This document shows positions 44,624 to 53,515 of a stretch of 60,116 bases of DNA, piece after piece. Source of the DNA: an uncultured Thermoanaerobaculia bacterium. Lineage in GTDB: Bacteria > Acidobacteriota > Thermoanaerobaculia > Multivoradales > J023. Position numbers and translations under genes: made by a program. The stretch is taken from positions 1-60,116 of the forward strand of contig CAZCOV010000001.1 in the NCBI GenBank assembly GCA_964499975.1, given 5' to 3'. Position 1 is the first letter of the stretch. Each line of letters opens with the position of its first letter. The notes under the pieces were generated by a model. That model saw only the letters and a program-made list of their open reading frames with translations, had not been told where the DNA came from and ran no database searches.

Positions 44624-45967
44624 CTAATCGATCAGATAGAGCGGTGCGCGGTCGGAGGTGTCGCGCGAGTTGAATTGGGGGTCGAGCAGAAAGTCGCCAG
44701 TGATCCCTTCCGAACGCTCGAAACCTTCTTCCCCTTCCCTGGTCTCGGCCGGGATGATCCGGTAGCGCAGCTCATCGGCTTCGTAGGCCAGACGTTGGCC
44801 GGTGGGATCGCGCAGGTCCGCCGGGGAAAGCAGGCCCTTGGTCACCAGCTCTTCGAGCCGGTCAGGGTAGTGGGCTTGGATCAAGAAGAGGCTTTTGGCT
44901 ACCCGGTCGAGGCGTCCGAAAAGCGATTCACGCAAACTCCGTTCGACGCCCTCGCGCTGAGCTGCTTGCCAGGGAAAGGGCAACAGCAACTGCTGCGGCC
45001 GCAGCAACACGCTGCCGAGCAGGGCCACCGCGAGGATGGCGGCCAGCGACGGTGCCAGCCAGCGCATCGACGGCGGCAGGACCGGAACTGTCACTTTGGC
45101 TTCGAGGTCGTCGCGACTGCCGCGCCCTGGTTCGGGCGGCAGGAAGATTTCAGCCTTGAGTTCGGCCGCCTCCAGGCGCGAGGTGGTCCGCTCGGTGGCG
45201 CGCTCAGGGCCACGCTCGACCACCCGGGTCGGCTCGATCAGCCCTTCTTGCAGCAGACGGTAGAGGAAGAACTGTGTTTGGTAGCGGTTGAGGTTCTTGC
45301 TTTCGGCGACCTTGCTCGCGCTCTTTTCACCGTCCAGCTTTTCGAGGAAGCTCAGCTGGGCTTCGGTCAACCAGATGCCCGTGCCGCTGCCGTCGCCGTC
45401 GCGCCCGAGGATGCGGACCGAACCGCGGGGCAAGAGACGCCGATAAGCCGAATCCAAGTTGGGTAAAGTGCGCCGTGCCTTGTCCGGGCCGCTTTGCTCT
45501 TCGAGCGAGCGGATCAGCAGTTCTTCCACCGCAATCGGCTGGAAGCCTTGCTCGTAGGAGACTTCGTCACCGCTATAAAACTTGAATTCTCCGCTTTTCC
45601 ACCCCAGGATCTGCAGCATCAAGCGGTGGGTTTGCCAGCGCAGTCCGCGCAGCAGCTGGTCACGGCTGATCAGATTGCGGGCGATCAGCAGGTCCCCAAA
45701 GCTGCCGCTGCTGCCGCCTTGATAGTCGCGGACCGCAGCTGAGAAGTCTTCGGGGGTGATTGCACGCTGGCTCTTGAGCGCCTCGCCAAGCCCTTCTTCC
45801 ACCGTCTGGTTGAGGGCATCTGCGGCCACGACGTCGCCACGGAGCAAGGAAATCGCGACAATGTCTTCCTGCCCTTGCACGGTCAAGATGCCAGTGCTCT
45901 GACTGGCAGCCACGCGCTGCAAGACTTGCCACAGAGGTATCTGTTGCAGATCACCCTCGAAATTCAT
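44624..45967 (-). CDS. DUF4388 domain protein
   Basis: 447 aa. N-terminus MNFEGDLQQIPLWQVLQRVAASQSTGILTVQGQEDIVAISLLRGDVV is typical of DUF4388. There is one TM segment near residue 300. Confidence 0.72.
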   Translation of the reverse strand: MNFEGDLQQIPLWQVLQRVAASQSTGILTVQGQEDIVAISLLRGDVVAADALNQTVEEGLGEALKSQRAITPEDFSAAVRDYQGGSSGSFGDLLIARNLISRDQLLRGLRWQTHRLMLQILGWKSGEFKFYSGDEVSYEQGFQPIAVEELLIRSLEEQSGPDKARRTLPNLDSAYRRLLPRGSVRILGRDGDGSGTGIWLTEAQLSFLEKLDGEKSASKVAESKNLNRYQTQFFLYRLLQEGLIEPTRVVERGPERATERTTSRLEAAELKAEIFLPPEPGRGSRDDLEAKVTVPVLPPSMRWLAPSLAAILAVALLGSVLLRPQQLLLPFPWQAAQREGVERSLRESLFGRLDRVAKSLFLIQAHYPDRLEELVTKGLLSPADLRDPTGQRLAYEADELRYRIIPAETREGEEGFERSEGITGDFLLDPQFNSRDTSDRAPLYLID

Positions 45968-45996
45968 GTTTTTCCTTTGCGCAGGTTCGCCGTTAG

Positions 45997-46040
45997 CATG
46001 GTTTTTCCTGGGTCAACCAACATGGTTTTCCTGGGTCAAC
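45997..46040. repeat. Tandem duplication (~21 bp x2, 3-nt spacer) at the TPR-gene stop / DUF4388 leader
   Basis: CATGGTTTTTCCTGGGTCAAC caa CATGGTTTTCCTGGGTCAAC. A third partial copy, CATGTTTTTCCT (45965-45976), contains the DUF4388 start codon and RBS (minus strand AGGAAAAACATG). Confidence 0.85.
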
Positions 46041-47856
46041 GCTTGGCCAAAGCGCGGCTGAAACGCCAGCCGATCAACCCCAGCAAGACGAGGATGCTGA
46101 AACCGCCGACCAGCCCGTTGAAGCTGCCACTGTAACCGAGTGGCACGCGATAGCCGCGGCTCAAAAGAATCGGAACAAGGAGTAAGCCCACCGGCAAAAA
46201 AATCGCGGCAAACGCCCGTAGACCACGGCCTTGCCGGAGCGAAACAAGGCCGGGGACGAGGGCGGAGAAACGGCTGGTCACTGCGCTGCCAGGAGGCGCT
46301 GGAAACGTCTCCCGCCCGCGGTTCCGCAGCTGGTGCCATAAGACCGCCAGGACCAGCGCGAAGACTGCAGCGCCCGGCGTCAAGTAAAACCGCCAGTCCC
46401 TGAGCGCGGAACGGTCGCTGCCACTCCACCCTGCGGCGAGTTGCTCGCTGATCTGGTTCCGCCGCGCGAGGCCGCCTTCGATCGCAATCACGCTGCTCGC
46501 TGGATCCTCTTGCCCCTTGCTCTTGAGCCAGCCGTCGACTTGACGGCTGCCCAGTTCTTTGGCGCGCGCCAGGGCGTTGTTGGAGTTGGGGAAGTCGTAG
46601 GACTGCGAGAAGGCTTGACTGAGGTTGAAGAAAGCTTCGGGGAGCCGCGGGTCCGCTTCGGTCGCGGAGCGAAAGTAGGTGATCGCCGTGGCGTAGTCGC
46701 CATTGCGGTGATGGTAAACCCCGATGTTGTTGAGCGCTGCGGCTGCCCGCTCCCGCTGCTGATCCGTGGCCAGATCGTTGTAGATCAGCCGCGCGTGGTC
46801 CCACTGGTTGAACTTGCGGTGGAGGTCCGCTGTCAGTTCCAAGACCGCTGGGTTATTGGGCAGCAGGGATCCGAGGACCGAGAGATCAGTGAACAAGGCG
46901 CCGTAGAGCCGTCCGTTCACGATGCCGGCAATGCCGCGCGTCGGCGGCGCCAGGTCGAGCTGGAGCTGCCGTTGCTGCTGGGCGAGCACCAACGGCATGG
47001 CGCCCAAAAGCAACCACCAGCTGATCAAGACTCCCCGTTCGCTTTTCGTGCCGTATCCCCAGATCAGGATCGACCCATACAAGATGAGCCACAACAGGCC
47101 GCCCGGCAGGACGATCGGCCACACCAGCACCAGCGCCAGGGCCAGGGTCCGCGTGCTGCCCCTGAGCCCGGTCGGCAGCCGGCGGTTCAGGTCTTCGAGC
47201 AACCGCGTCCCTTGGGCCCAAAGCGACAGGGCCACGAACAGCCCACCGCTCACGACCAGGGTGCAAAGCGCCCAATAAACCAAGTTGTGGGCCGCGAAAT
47301 TGCGTTCGAACGGGAGGTTCAAGAGACGCCAGGTCCCCTTGCAGCTGCTGAGCAAGGCGCCGAAATAATTGCCGCTCGCGCGCAGCACCGTGGCGCGCGC
47401 AAACTCGGTCTCGGGACGTCCGGGGTCGAGCTGCTCGGCAGCGGCCAGCGCCCACAGTGCACGGTTTTTGTCGCCGCCGGCATCAGCGCCGCCCTCGGTG
47501 GCCGCGAGCACCGCAGAGGAAGCCGCGGCAATGCTCAGATCCGGCAGCCGCGGCAGGCCGAGAAACTCGGCGATCTCCACCAGTTCTTCGACCGCGGCTT
47601 CGGCTTTTTTCTGATCTCCGCGGAAGTAAGCATTGACCCACACCTGCCAGGTTTGCTGCAGCAACTGGAGTTGTTGCCGCACTGCCGGGGTCAGTTCAAG
47701 CCCCAGAGCATCACCGGGGGCCGTCGTTTGGGCAGCTCCGCCTGTAGCCAAGATCAGGGCCAGCAACAGTCCGCTTCTGAGCCCGCGCCTGACGCTGGCT
47801 CTGGACTGCTGCGGTGGCGGATCGCACTGGCTGGATCGCTGCCCGATCATACGCAT
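46036..47856 (-). CDS. Polytopic membrane protein with TPR repeats
   Basis: Start moved to ATG 47856 (MRMIGQRS), with GGAGGT 9 nt upstream. Several TM segments plus the TPR NNIGVYHHRNGDYATAITYFRSATEADPRLPEAFFNLSQAF. Confidence 0.7.
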   Translation of the reverse strand: MRMIGQRSSQCDPPPQQSRASVRRGLRSGLLLALILATGGAAQTTAPGDALGLELTPAVRQQLQLLQQTWQVWVNAYFRGDQKKAEAAVEELVEIAEFLGLPRLPDLSIAAASSAVLAATEGGADAGGDKNRALWALAAAEQLDPGRPETEFARATVLRASGNYFGALLSSCKGTWRLLNLPFERNFAAHNLVYWALCTLVVSGGLFVALSLWAQGTRLLEDLNRRLPTGLRGSTRTLALALVLVWPIVLPGGLLWLILYGSILIWGYGTKSERGVLISWWLLLGAMPLVLAQQQRQLQLDLAPPTRGIAGIVNGRLYGALFTDLSVLGSLLPNNPAVLELTADLHRKFNQWDHARLIYNDLATDQQRERAAAALNNIGVYHHRNGDYATAITYFRSATEADPRLPEAFFNLSQAFSQSYDFPNSNNALARAKELGSRQVDGWLKSKGQEDPASSVIAIEGGLARRNQISEQLAAGWSGSDRSALRDWRFYLTPGAAVFALVLAVLWHQLRNRGRETFPAPPGSAVTSRFSALVPGLVSLRQGRGLRAFAAIFLPVGLLLVPILLSRGYRVPLGYSGSFNGLVGGFSILVLLGLIGWRFSRALAKR

Positions 47857-47863
47857 GTTCAGT

Positions 47864-48367
47864 CTACCTCCGCATCTCGACGTAGTGGAACCGTAGCTGG
47901 TACAAAGCATCATCTAAAACTGCCTGCTCTTCGGGCGTCAAGTTGCCGGCGGTCTTGATTTTGAGCAAGGCCAGTAAATCAATGTGGAGGCGCGCCAGTT
48001 CGAGATGTTGGGCGGCTTGGCCGTCGGGGATCTGGGCCTGCTGCAAGTAGATGGAAGCGGGCTCGGCGAGCAAGGCGACCAGCTCGAACATGGTCGGCGC
48101 GTTCGGTCCCAGAGCTTCTGCGGCAGCGCCTTGGGGTGCTGCGGGAGGCGGCGCAGCCGGGGACGGGGCAGGGGAAGATGGCGGGGTAGCGATCGTTGCG
48201 GGTGAGGAACTCCCGCGTTCGGCAGTAGCACCCCCCGAGCCAGCTGCGGCATCGATGTGAACAAATTCCTCGCGCAAACGTCCGTCCGCAGTGAACATGC
48301 GGCGGTCGCTGACTTTGATCGTCTTCTCGCTCAATTCAGACCTCGTTTTCAGCACGAATTCGTGCAC
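47864..48367 (-). CDS. DUF1844 domain protein
   Basis: 167 aa. The C-terminal FELVALLAEPASIYL...LELARLHIDLLALLKIKTAGNLTPEEQAVLDDALYQLRFHYVEM matches the DUF1844 pattern. Confidence 0.7.
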   Translation of the reverse strand: MHEFVLKTRSELSEKTIKVSDRRMFTADGRLREEFVHIDAAAGSGGATAERGSSSPATIATPPSSPAPSPAAPPPAAPQGAAAEALGPNAPTMFELVALLAEPASIYLQQAQIPDGQAAQHLELARLHIDLLALLKIKTAGNLTPEEQAVLDDALYQLRFHYVEMRR

Positions 48368-48512
48368 TCATCTCAGATCGGGTTCGATAGGATCCGGGGG
48401 CCGGAGAACCTCGTTCATGATTTCCCTACCGCACAAGGCTCAAATCTTCAAGGGGCGGGCCAAGACCGACCAGCCATTTCGCGGCTCAGGGCGTCGGTTG
48501 CATTCTAACTCG

Positions 48513-48561
48513 GAATCTCCAAACCATGAATCGCAAGACCGTGAATCTCCATCCCATGAAT
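48513..48561. repeat. 30-bp-period tandem repeat over the mazG 5' end
   Basis: GAATCTCCAAACCATGAAT (48513-48531) and GAATCTCCATCCCATGAAT (48543-48561). A third CCATGAG lies at 48584. The in-frame ATGs at 48526, 48556 and 48586 are exactly 30 nt apart. Confidence 0.85.
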
Positions 48562-49488
48562 GTCCAGAGCCTGGAGCCCAAGACCATGAGCCGTGAAGCG
48601 CCAAATCCCCCGACCTCGTCCAACCCAGAGCAGATTAGCCCGTCGTCTCCAAGCCCTGGGCCAGACCTCGAGCGCGAAGCCCCTGGCCATTTAAACCCGG
48701 ATTTAGGCAAGTTGGCGCGGCTCATGGAACGCTTGCGCGCTCCCGACGGCTGTCCCTGGGACCACGCACAAACCGCCCAGAGCTTGCGCGCCTATGTGCT
48801 AGAAGAAGCGCACGAAGTGGCTGCAGCCATTGACGCTGGCGATCTCGAACAGCTGGCCGGAGAGCTGGGGGACCTCTTGTTCCAGGTCGTCTTCCTGGCG
48901 CAAATCGGCCGTGAGCAAGGCGTTTTTGACCTGCAAACCGTGATTGATCGTATCCATACCAAGATGGTCGAGCGGCATCCGCATGTTTTTGGTGATCGCG
49001 CGGCAGCGGATGCGCGCGCGGTCCATCAAGCGTGGGAACGGCGCAAGCTGGAACAGGCGGGGGCGGATCGCCGCTCCCTGCTCGCGGGAGTGCCGACCTC
49101 CCTACCCGCCCTGGTGGCCGCCTACCGCATGACCCAAAAAGCTGCTGGCGTCGGCTTTGACTGGCCCGATGCCGCGCCGGTCTTGGCCAAAGTGCGCGAA
49201 GAGCTGGGCGAGCTCGAAGCTGCTGGCGTTGGCCCTGAACCCCCGCTAGACCCTGCAGCCGTGGTCGAGGAATTGGGCGACCTCTTGTTCACCGTGACCA
49301 ATCTCGCGCGGCATCTCGCGGTCGACCCGGAAGCCGCCCTGGCTCAAAGCAATCGCAAGTTCCGTCGCCGATTTGCCGCGCTCGAAACCGAGTTTGCCGC
49401 CCGCGGGCGCTCGCTCGCCGACGCCACCCTGGCTGAACTCGATGCTGGCTGGGAGGTGGTCAAGGCTGCCGAACGAGCCCAACAGTAG
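48526..49488 (+). CDS. mazG: Nucleoside triphosphate pyrophosphohydrolase MazG
   Basis: Motifs LARLMERLRAPDGCPWDHAQTAQSLRAYVLEEAHEVAAAI and two EELGDLLF-type motifs. The start is ambiguous among ATG 48526, 48556 and 48586. Confidence 0.85.
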   Translation: MNRKTVNLHPMNVQSLEPKTMSREAPNPPTSSNPEQISPSSPSPGPDLEREAPGHLNPDLGKLARLMERLRAPDGCPWDHAQTAQSLRAYVLEEAHEVAAAIDAGDLEQLAGELGDLLFQVVFLAQIGREQGVFDLQTVIDRIHTKMVERHPHVFGDRAAADARAVHQAWERRKLEQAGADRRSLLAGVPTSLPALVAAYRMTQKAAGVGFDWPDAAPVLAKVREELGELEAAGVGPEPPLDPAAVVEELGDLLFTVTNLARHLAVDPEAALAQSNRKFRRRFAALETEFAARGRSLADATLAELDAGWEVVKAAERAQQ

Positions 49489-49540
49489 CGCTCGTTGGGT
49501 CCCTGAACCCCTTAGCCGTTTGCCTCGGGGCAAGACCCTT

Positions 49541-50293
49541 TCAGCGAGGTGTGGCGCTCACCTGAGCGAGGACTTGGCGGAAAGTGGGCAGCAGGTGCTT
49601 GGCGACCCGCCGCTGACCCTCGGCATTGGGATGGATCCCGTCTGCCAGGTTGAGGTCAGGGACCGCGGCCACTCCGGTGAGCAAGAACTCGACAAAAGTC
49701 ACCGGGAATTGCCGGGCTAAACGCGGGTAGATGGCAGCGAACTGAGCAGCATATTCGGGACCGTAATTGGGTGGCACCTGCATTCCGGCAAGGATCACCT
49801 GGACCCCGGCGCTTTGCGCACGGCGGAGGATCTGCTGCAAGTTGGCTTCCGATGTTGCGAGCGGCAAGCCGCGCAGCCCGTCGTTTGCCCCCAAGCACAC
49901 GAACAGCACGTCGGGCGCTTGCCGTAAGAGCCAGTCGAGGCGCTCCAGGCCCCCTGCGGTGGTGTCGCCGCTGACCCCGGCATTGACTACCCGGACCGGC
50001 TGCCCTTCCTGGCGCAAAAGCTCATCGAGCAAAGCAGGAAAAGCTTCGTCCTCATCGAGTCCGTAGCCGGCGGTCAAGCTATCCCCGAGAAAAACGATGA
50101 CCGGCAGGTCCGCAGCTGGCGGCTGGGGAACCGGGGCGAGCGACGCTGGGGGGACCGCTGCCGAGCTGGCCGGAGTCGGACTGGGTTCCGGGTGCTCGCA
50201 CCCCCCCAAGAGCAGGGTCAAGAGAGCTGTGCTGGCAGTTAGCCAGGCGGCTTGTCGAGGGGTTTGCCCAGGGGTTCGCCTCAGGGTTCTCAT
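49541..50293 (-). CDS. SGNH/GDSL arylesterase-type lipoprotein (TesA-like)
   Basis: Start at ATG 50293 (MRTLRRTPG). Lipobox LLLGGC. Blocks VFLGDSLTAGYG, GANDGLRG and DGIHPNAEG. Confidence 0.85.
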   Translation of the reverse strand: MRTLRRTPGQTPRQAAWLTASTALLTLLLGGCEHPEPSPTPASSAAVPPASLAPVPQPPAADLPVIVFLGDSLTAGYGLDEDEAFPALLDELLRQEGQPVRVVNAGVSGDTTAGGLERLDWLLRQAPDVLFVCLGANDGLRGLPLATSEANLQQILRRAQSAGVQVILAGMQVPPNYGPEYAAQFAAIYPRLARQFPVTFVEFLLTGVAAVPDLNLADGIHPNAEGQRRVAKHLLPTFRQVLAQVSATPR

Positions 50294-50478
50294 GGCCTTA
50301 TTGTAGTTGGAGTTGGTGGCAACCCAGCTGACCCTGAGGACCCTGAGGCGTCCCATCAGCGCGCACGTCCCGCCCATTTTCCATATTTGCCGCGTTTGCC
50401 GCCCAGCGGGCGACCCCTGCGGACGAGACTTGTGGGGGAGTGCTTGCGCGGTTACCGGAGGTACTTTAGCAGATACTT

Positions 50479-50889
50479 TTAGTTGCGGCCGAGGACCTTG
50501 ACCCGGGCTTTCTTTCCCGCAAAGGACTGCGCGTCGTAAGTGAACTCGATCGTGCGGATCACCCGATCTCCGCCCTGGATGCGGATGATCCGAGATTCCC
50601 CGCCAGCTGGGATGACCCGCCGCAACTCGACTTTCTGGTCACCTCCGTTGGCGAAGTGAATGATCACCTCGCGAAACTCGACTCCGTGGTCGAAAACCTG
50701 GAACTTGACCGCTCTAAACGAGCCCTGGGCTGCGGTCACTGCCAGGGTGTCATGGTCTTTGCTGTCGTTCACGGTCAACTCACCCAGGGATTCCCAGCCC
50801 CGCTGCTTGCCTAACTTGGCGTCCGCTGGCAGCACGGCCAGCAAGAAAAACAACACGGCAAAACACGTCACAATCGCACGTCCACGCAT
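50479..50889 (-). CDS. Small secreted protein of unknown function
   Basis: 136 aa from ATG 50889. Signal peptide MRGRAIVTCFAVLFFLLAVLPADA. No enzyme motif was recognised. Confidence 0.55.
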   Translation of the reverse strand: MRGRAIVTCFAVLFFLLAVLPADAKLGKQRGWESLGELTVNDSKDHDTLAVTAAQGSFRAVKFQVFDHGVEFREVIIHFANGGDQKVELRRVIPAGGESRIIRIQGGDRVIRTIEFTYDAQSFAGKKARVKVLGRN

Positions 50890-51067
50890 GGAGGATCTCC
50901 TTGATCGTTGGGTTGCACGCTCGAGCGCCAGAGGTCTTTGGCGCAAGAAACGCTGGAATTCTAATCCGCTGGCCAGCTGTGGACAACTGGCTCTCAGGGA
51001 CGTTGAAACCACAAGATGTGGGTTTCTTGCGGTGGCGTCCCCTGGTAAGATCTCGCCGGAGAGAGCC

Positions 51068-52354
51068 ATGGACGTCGATCCCCAACCCGCGCTCCAAGAT
51101 CCCACCCTGGAAGTGATGAACTTCCTCAACGAGGCGGTGTCGCGTTACCCTCAGGCCATCTCTTTTGCCCCCGGTCGACCCCTCGAATCCTTGCTCGACG
51201 TGCCCGGCAGCATTGCCCGCATCGGCCCGTGGGTGGAAGCGCAGGCGCGCGCGCGGCAGGTCCCGACGCAGAGGATTTATGGCATGCTCGGGCAGTACGG
51301 TAAGACCAACGGCTTGATCCAGGAGCAGCTCGTCGCGCATCTGGCTCAGGATGAAGGTATTAAGGTGCCTCCTGCTGCGGTGATGGTCACCACCGGGTGT
51401 CAAGAAGCCATGTTGATCGTGTTGCTCGGGCTGTTTACCCCGGGCCACGACGTCCTCCTGGTCAGTGATCCCACCTACATCGGCATCACCGGGTTGGCGC
51501 GTATCCTCGGCATCGAGGTGGTACCGATCCCGAGCGGCGAAGCCGGCCTGCCGCCCACGGCGGTCGAGGCCGCGATTCGCGCAGTGCAGCGTCAAGGCAA
51601 GCGGCCGCGGGCGGTCTATGACATTCCAGGCTTCAACAATCCGCTTGGCACCAACATGCCGCTGAGCGCCCGGCAAGCGCTCTTGACGATCGCCCAAGAG
51701 CACCAGGTGTTGATCTTCGAAGACAATCCGTATGGTCTCTTCGCTTATGATGGTGAACCACCGCCCACCCTCAAGTCCCTCGACCCAAACCAAGTGGTGG
51801 TCTACCTCGGCAGCTTCGCCAAGACCATCTTCCCGGGTTTGCGCCTTGGCTACTTGGTTGCGGACCAGCAAGTCAGCGGGAAAAACCAGTACCTCGCCGA
51901 AGCCCTGGCCTGCGTCAAGAGCTTGACCACGGTCAATACCACCCCCCTGGCGCAAGCGATTGCCGCTTCTGTCCTCGAAGAGCATCACGGCTCACTGCGC
52001 GGGCTGATCGAACCCCGACGCGCGCATTACCAAGCCAATCGGGACCACTTGCTGGCCGCGCTCGAACGCGCTTTTGGCACTGCTGGCGAAGTGCGCTGGA
52101 ACCGACCGCAAGGTGGTTTTTTCCTCACCATGACCTTGCCCTTTGCTTTTGACCAGGCATGCCTAGAAAGCTGCGCGCGCGACTATGGGGTGATCTGTTG
52201 CCCGATGTCGTTTTTTGCGCTCCAGGCTGGGTATGAACAGCAGATCCGCCTCTCCTTCAGCTACGTGTCTCCCGCCCAGATCGACGAAGGCATTGCCCGC
52301 CTGGCTCGTTTCGTCACCGACCGCATGGCCGCGGTTTTGGCCGGAGCTCAATGA
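51068..52354 (+). CDS. PLP-dependent aminotransferase, class I/II fold
   Basis: Start at ATG 51068 (MDVDPQPAL). Motifs ISFAPGRP and SFAKTIFPGLRLGY (PLP lysine), and NNPLG. The track start at 50660 overlaps the neighbouring gene and was rejected. Confidence 0.85.
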   Translation: MDVDPQPALQDPTLEVMNFLNEAVSRYPQAISFAPGRPLESLLDVPGSIARIGPWVEAQARARQVPTQRIYGMLGQYGKTNGLIQEQLVAHLAQDEGIKVPPAAVMVTTGCQEAMLIVLLGLFTPGHDVLLVSDPTYIGITGLARILGIEVVPIPSGEAGLPPTAVEAAIRAVQRQGKRPRAVYDIPGFNNPLGTNMPLSARQALLTIAQEHQVLIFEDNPYGLFAYDGEPPPTLKSLDPNQVVVYLGSFAKTIFPGLRLGYLVADQQVSGKNQYLAEALACVKSLTTVNTTPLAQAIAASVLEEHHGSLRGLIEPRRAHYQANRDHLLAALERAFGTAGEVRWNRPQGGFFLTMTLPFAFDQACLESCARDYGVICCPMSFFALQAGYEQQIRLSFSYVSPAQIDEGIARLARFVTDRMAAVLAGAQ

Positions 52355-53472
52355 CACCGTCCGAGGTCTCTGCGGCAGGCCCATCCCAGGCAGGAGGACC
52401 CAGGGCTCCTGCGGCCTTGCTCGCACGCCTGATGCAGACCGCACTCACGGCTCGCGGACTGTCCACCGCGCACGTCGAGCAGGTGGTTTCGGGTTTGCTC
52501 ACTGCCTCGCTCCGCGGGATTGACACCCATGGAGTGGTGCTTTTTCCCACCTACCTCGCCGAACTCGACGGTGGACGCAGTCAGGCTCAGCCGGCCCTGC
52601 GCTGGCAACGCGCAGCCCCGGCTGTGGCAGTGCTCGACGCCGGCAACGCGCTGGGCCTGGTGGCCGGTTTTGCCGCAGCCGCAGAAGCCGTGCAGCTCGC
52701 GACAACCCACGGGGTGGGAGTGGTCGCGGTGCGCAATTCCAACCACTTTGGCGCGGCGTCCACCTTCACCCTCGAGATGGTCCGCAGCGCCGAAGTGATC
52801 GGCGTCTGCTGCACCAACAGCGATGCGCTGGTCGCGGCGCACGGGGGGCTGACCCCGCTTTTTGGCACCAACCCTTTGAGCTTTGCGGTGCGCGGGCCAG
52901 ACGATGAGCTCTTTTGCGTGGACATGGCAACCAGTCAGGTCGCCTACTCACGGATCCGCCAATATCAAGCGGCGCACCGTCCGCTCGAGCCCGGTTGGGC
53001 TTTGGGTCCAGACGGTGCGGATGTCGGCGAGACCGCGGCTACGCCCAGCGAAATCGTGGCCTTGCAGCCGCTCGGTGGCTACAAGGGCCAGTGCCTGGCG
53101 ATGTTGATCGAGATCCTCTGTGCGCTGCTCGTCGATTTGCCCTGCGATCACCAGCTCAGCCATCTCTTTGCCCCACCTTTTGACACGCCCCGCCAGGTAG
53201 GACACTGCTTTCTCGCCTTGCAGCTCGCTGCTTTGGGTGATCCGGCGGCTTTCCGTACGCGCCTGGGCCATTACTTTTCCTGGGTCCGCGCGCAGCCGGC
53301 GCAACAGGGCTCCCGCGTGCTCGTGCCCGGCGATCTCGAACGCGCTGCCACCGCAGAGCGCACCACGGCCGGGATTCCCCTCGGGCCCAGCGAGTTCGCG
53401 GCCTTTCGTGACCTGGCGACCCGCCACAACGACCTTGAAGCGCTGAGCCTCTTGTCTTCACTCGGGTCTTGA
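52351..53472 (+). CDS. Ldh_2 family (malate/L-lactate dehydrogenase type 2) oxidoreductase
   Basis: 373 aa. The ATGA overlaps the aminotransferase stop. Motifs LRGIDTHGVVLFPTYL and VRNSNHFGAAS. Confidence 0.85.
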   Translation: MTPSEVSAAGPSQAGGPRAPAALLARLMQTALTARGLSTAHVEQVVSGLLTASLRGIDTHGVVLFPTYLAELDGGRSQAQPALRWQRAAPAVAVLDAGNALGLVAGFAAAAEAVQLATTHGVGVVAVRNSNHFGAASTFTLEMVRSAEVIGVCCTNSDALVAAHGGLTPLFGTNPLSFAVRGPDDELFCVDMATSQVAYSRIRQYQAAHRPLEPGWALGPDGADVGETAATPSEIVALQPLGGYKGQCLAMLIEILCALLVDLPCDHQLSHLFAPPFDTPRQVGHCFLALQLAALGDPAAFRTRLGHYFSWVRAQPAQQGSRVLVPGDLERAATAERTTAGIPLGPSEFAAFRDLATRHNDLEALSLLSSLGS

Positions 53473-53515
53473 CCGGGGTGCTGGTTACCAGCTGCTCGCG
53501 GCACCGCCACCGCCT

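Noticed and set aside
48375-48400. tRNA-like T-arm (GGGTTCGATAGGATCC) in the DUF1844/mazG intergenic region
   Set aside because: No acceptor stem, anticodon arm or CCA-compatible 3' end could be built around it.
49541-50293. SGNH/TesA-like esterase as the missing chain-release thioesterase of the NRPS/PKS line
   Set aside because: It lies 14 kb beyond the last cluster gene and is separated by unrelated genes. It carries a lipoprotein signal peptide, so it is extracytoplasmic.
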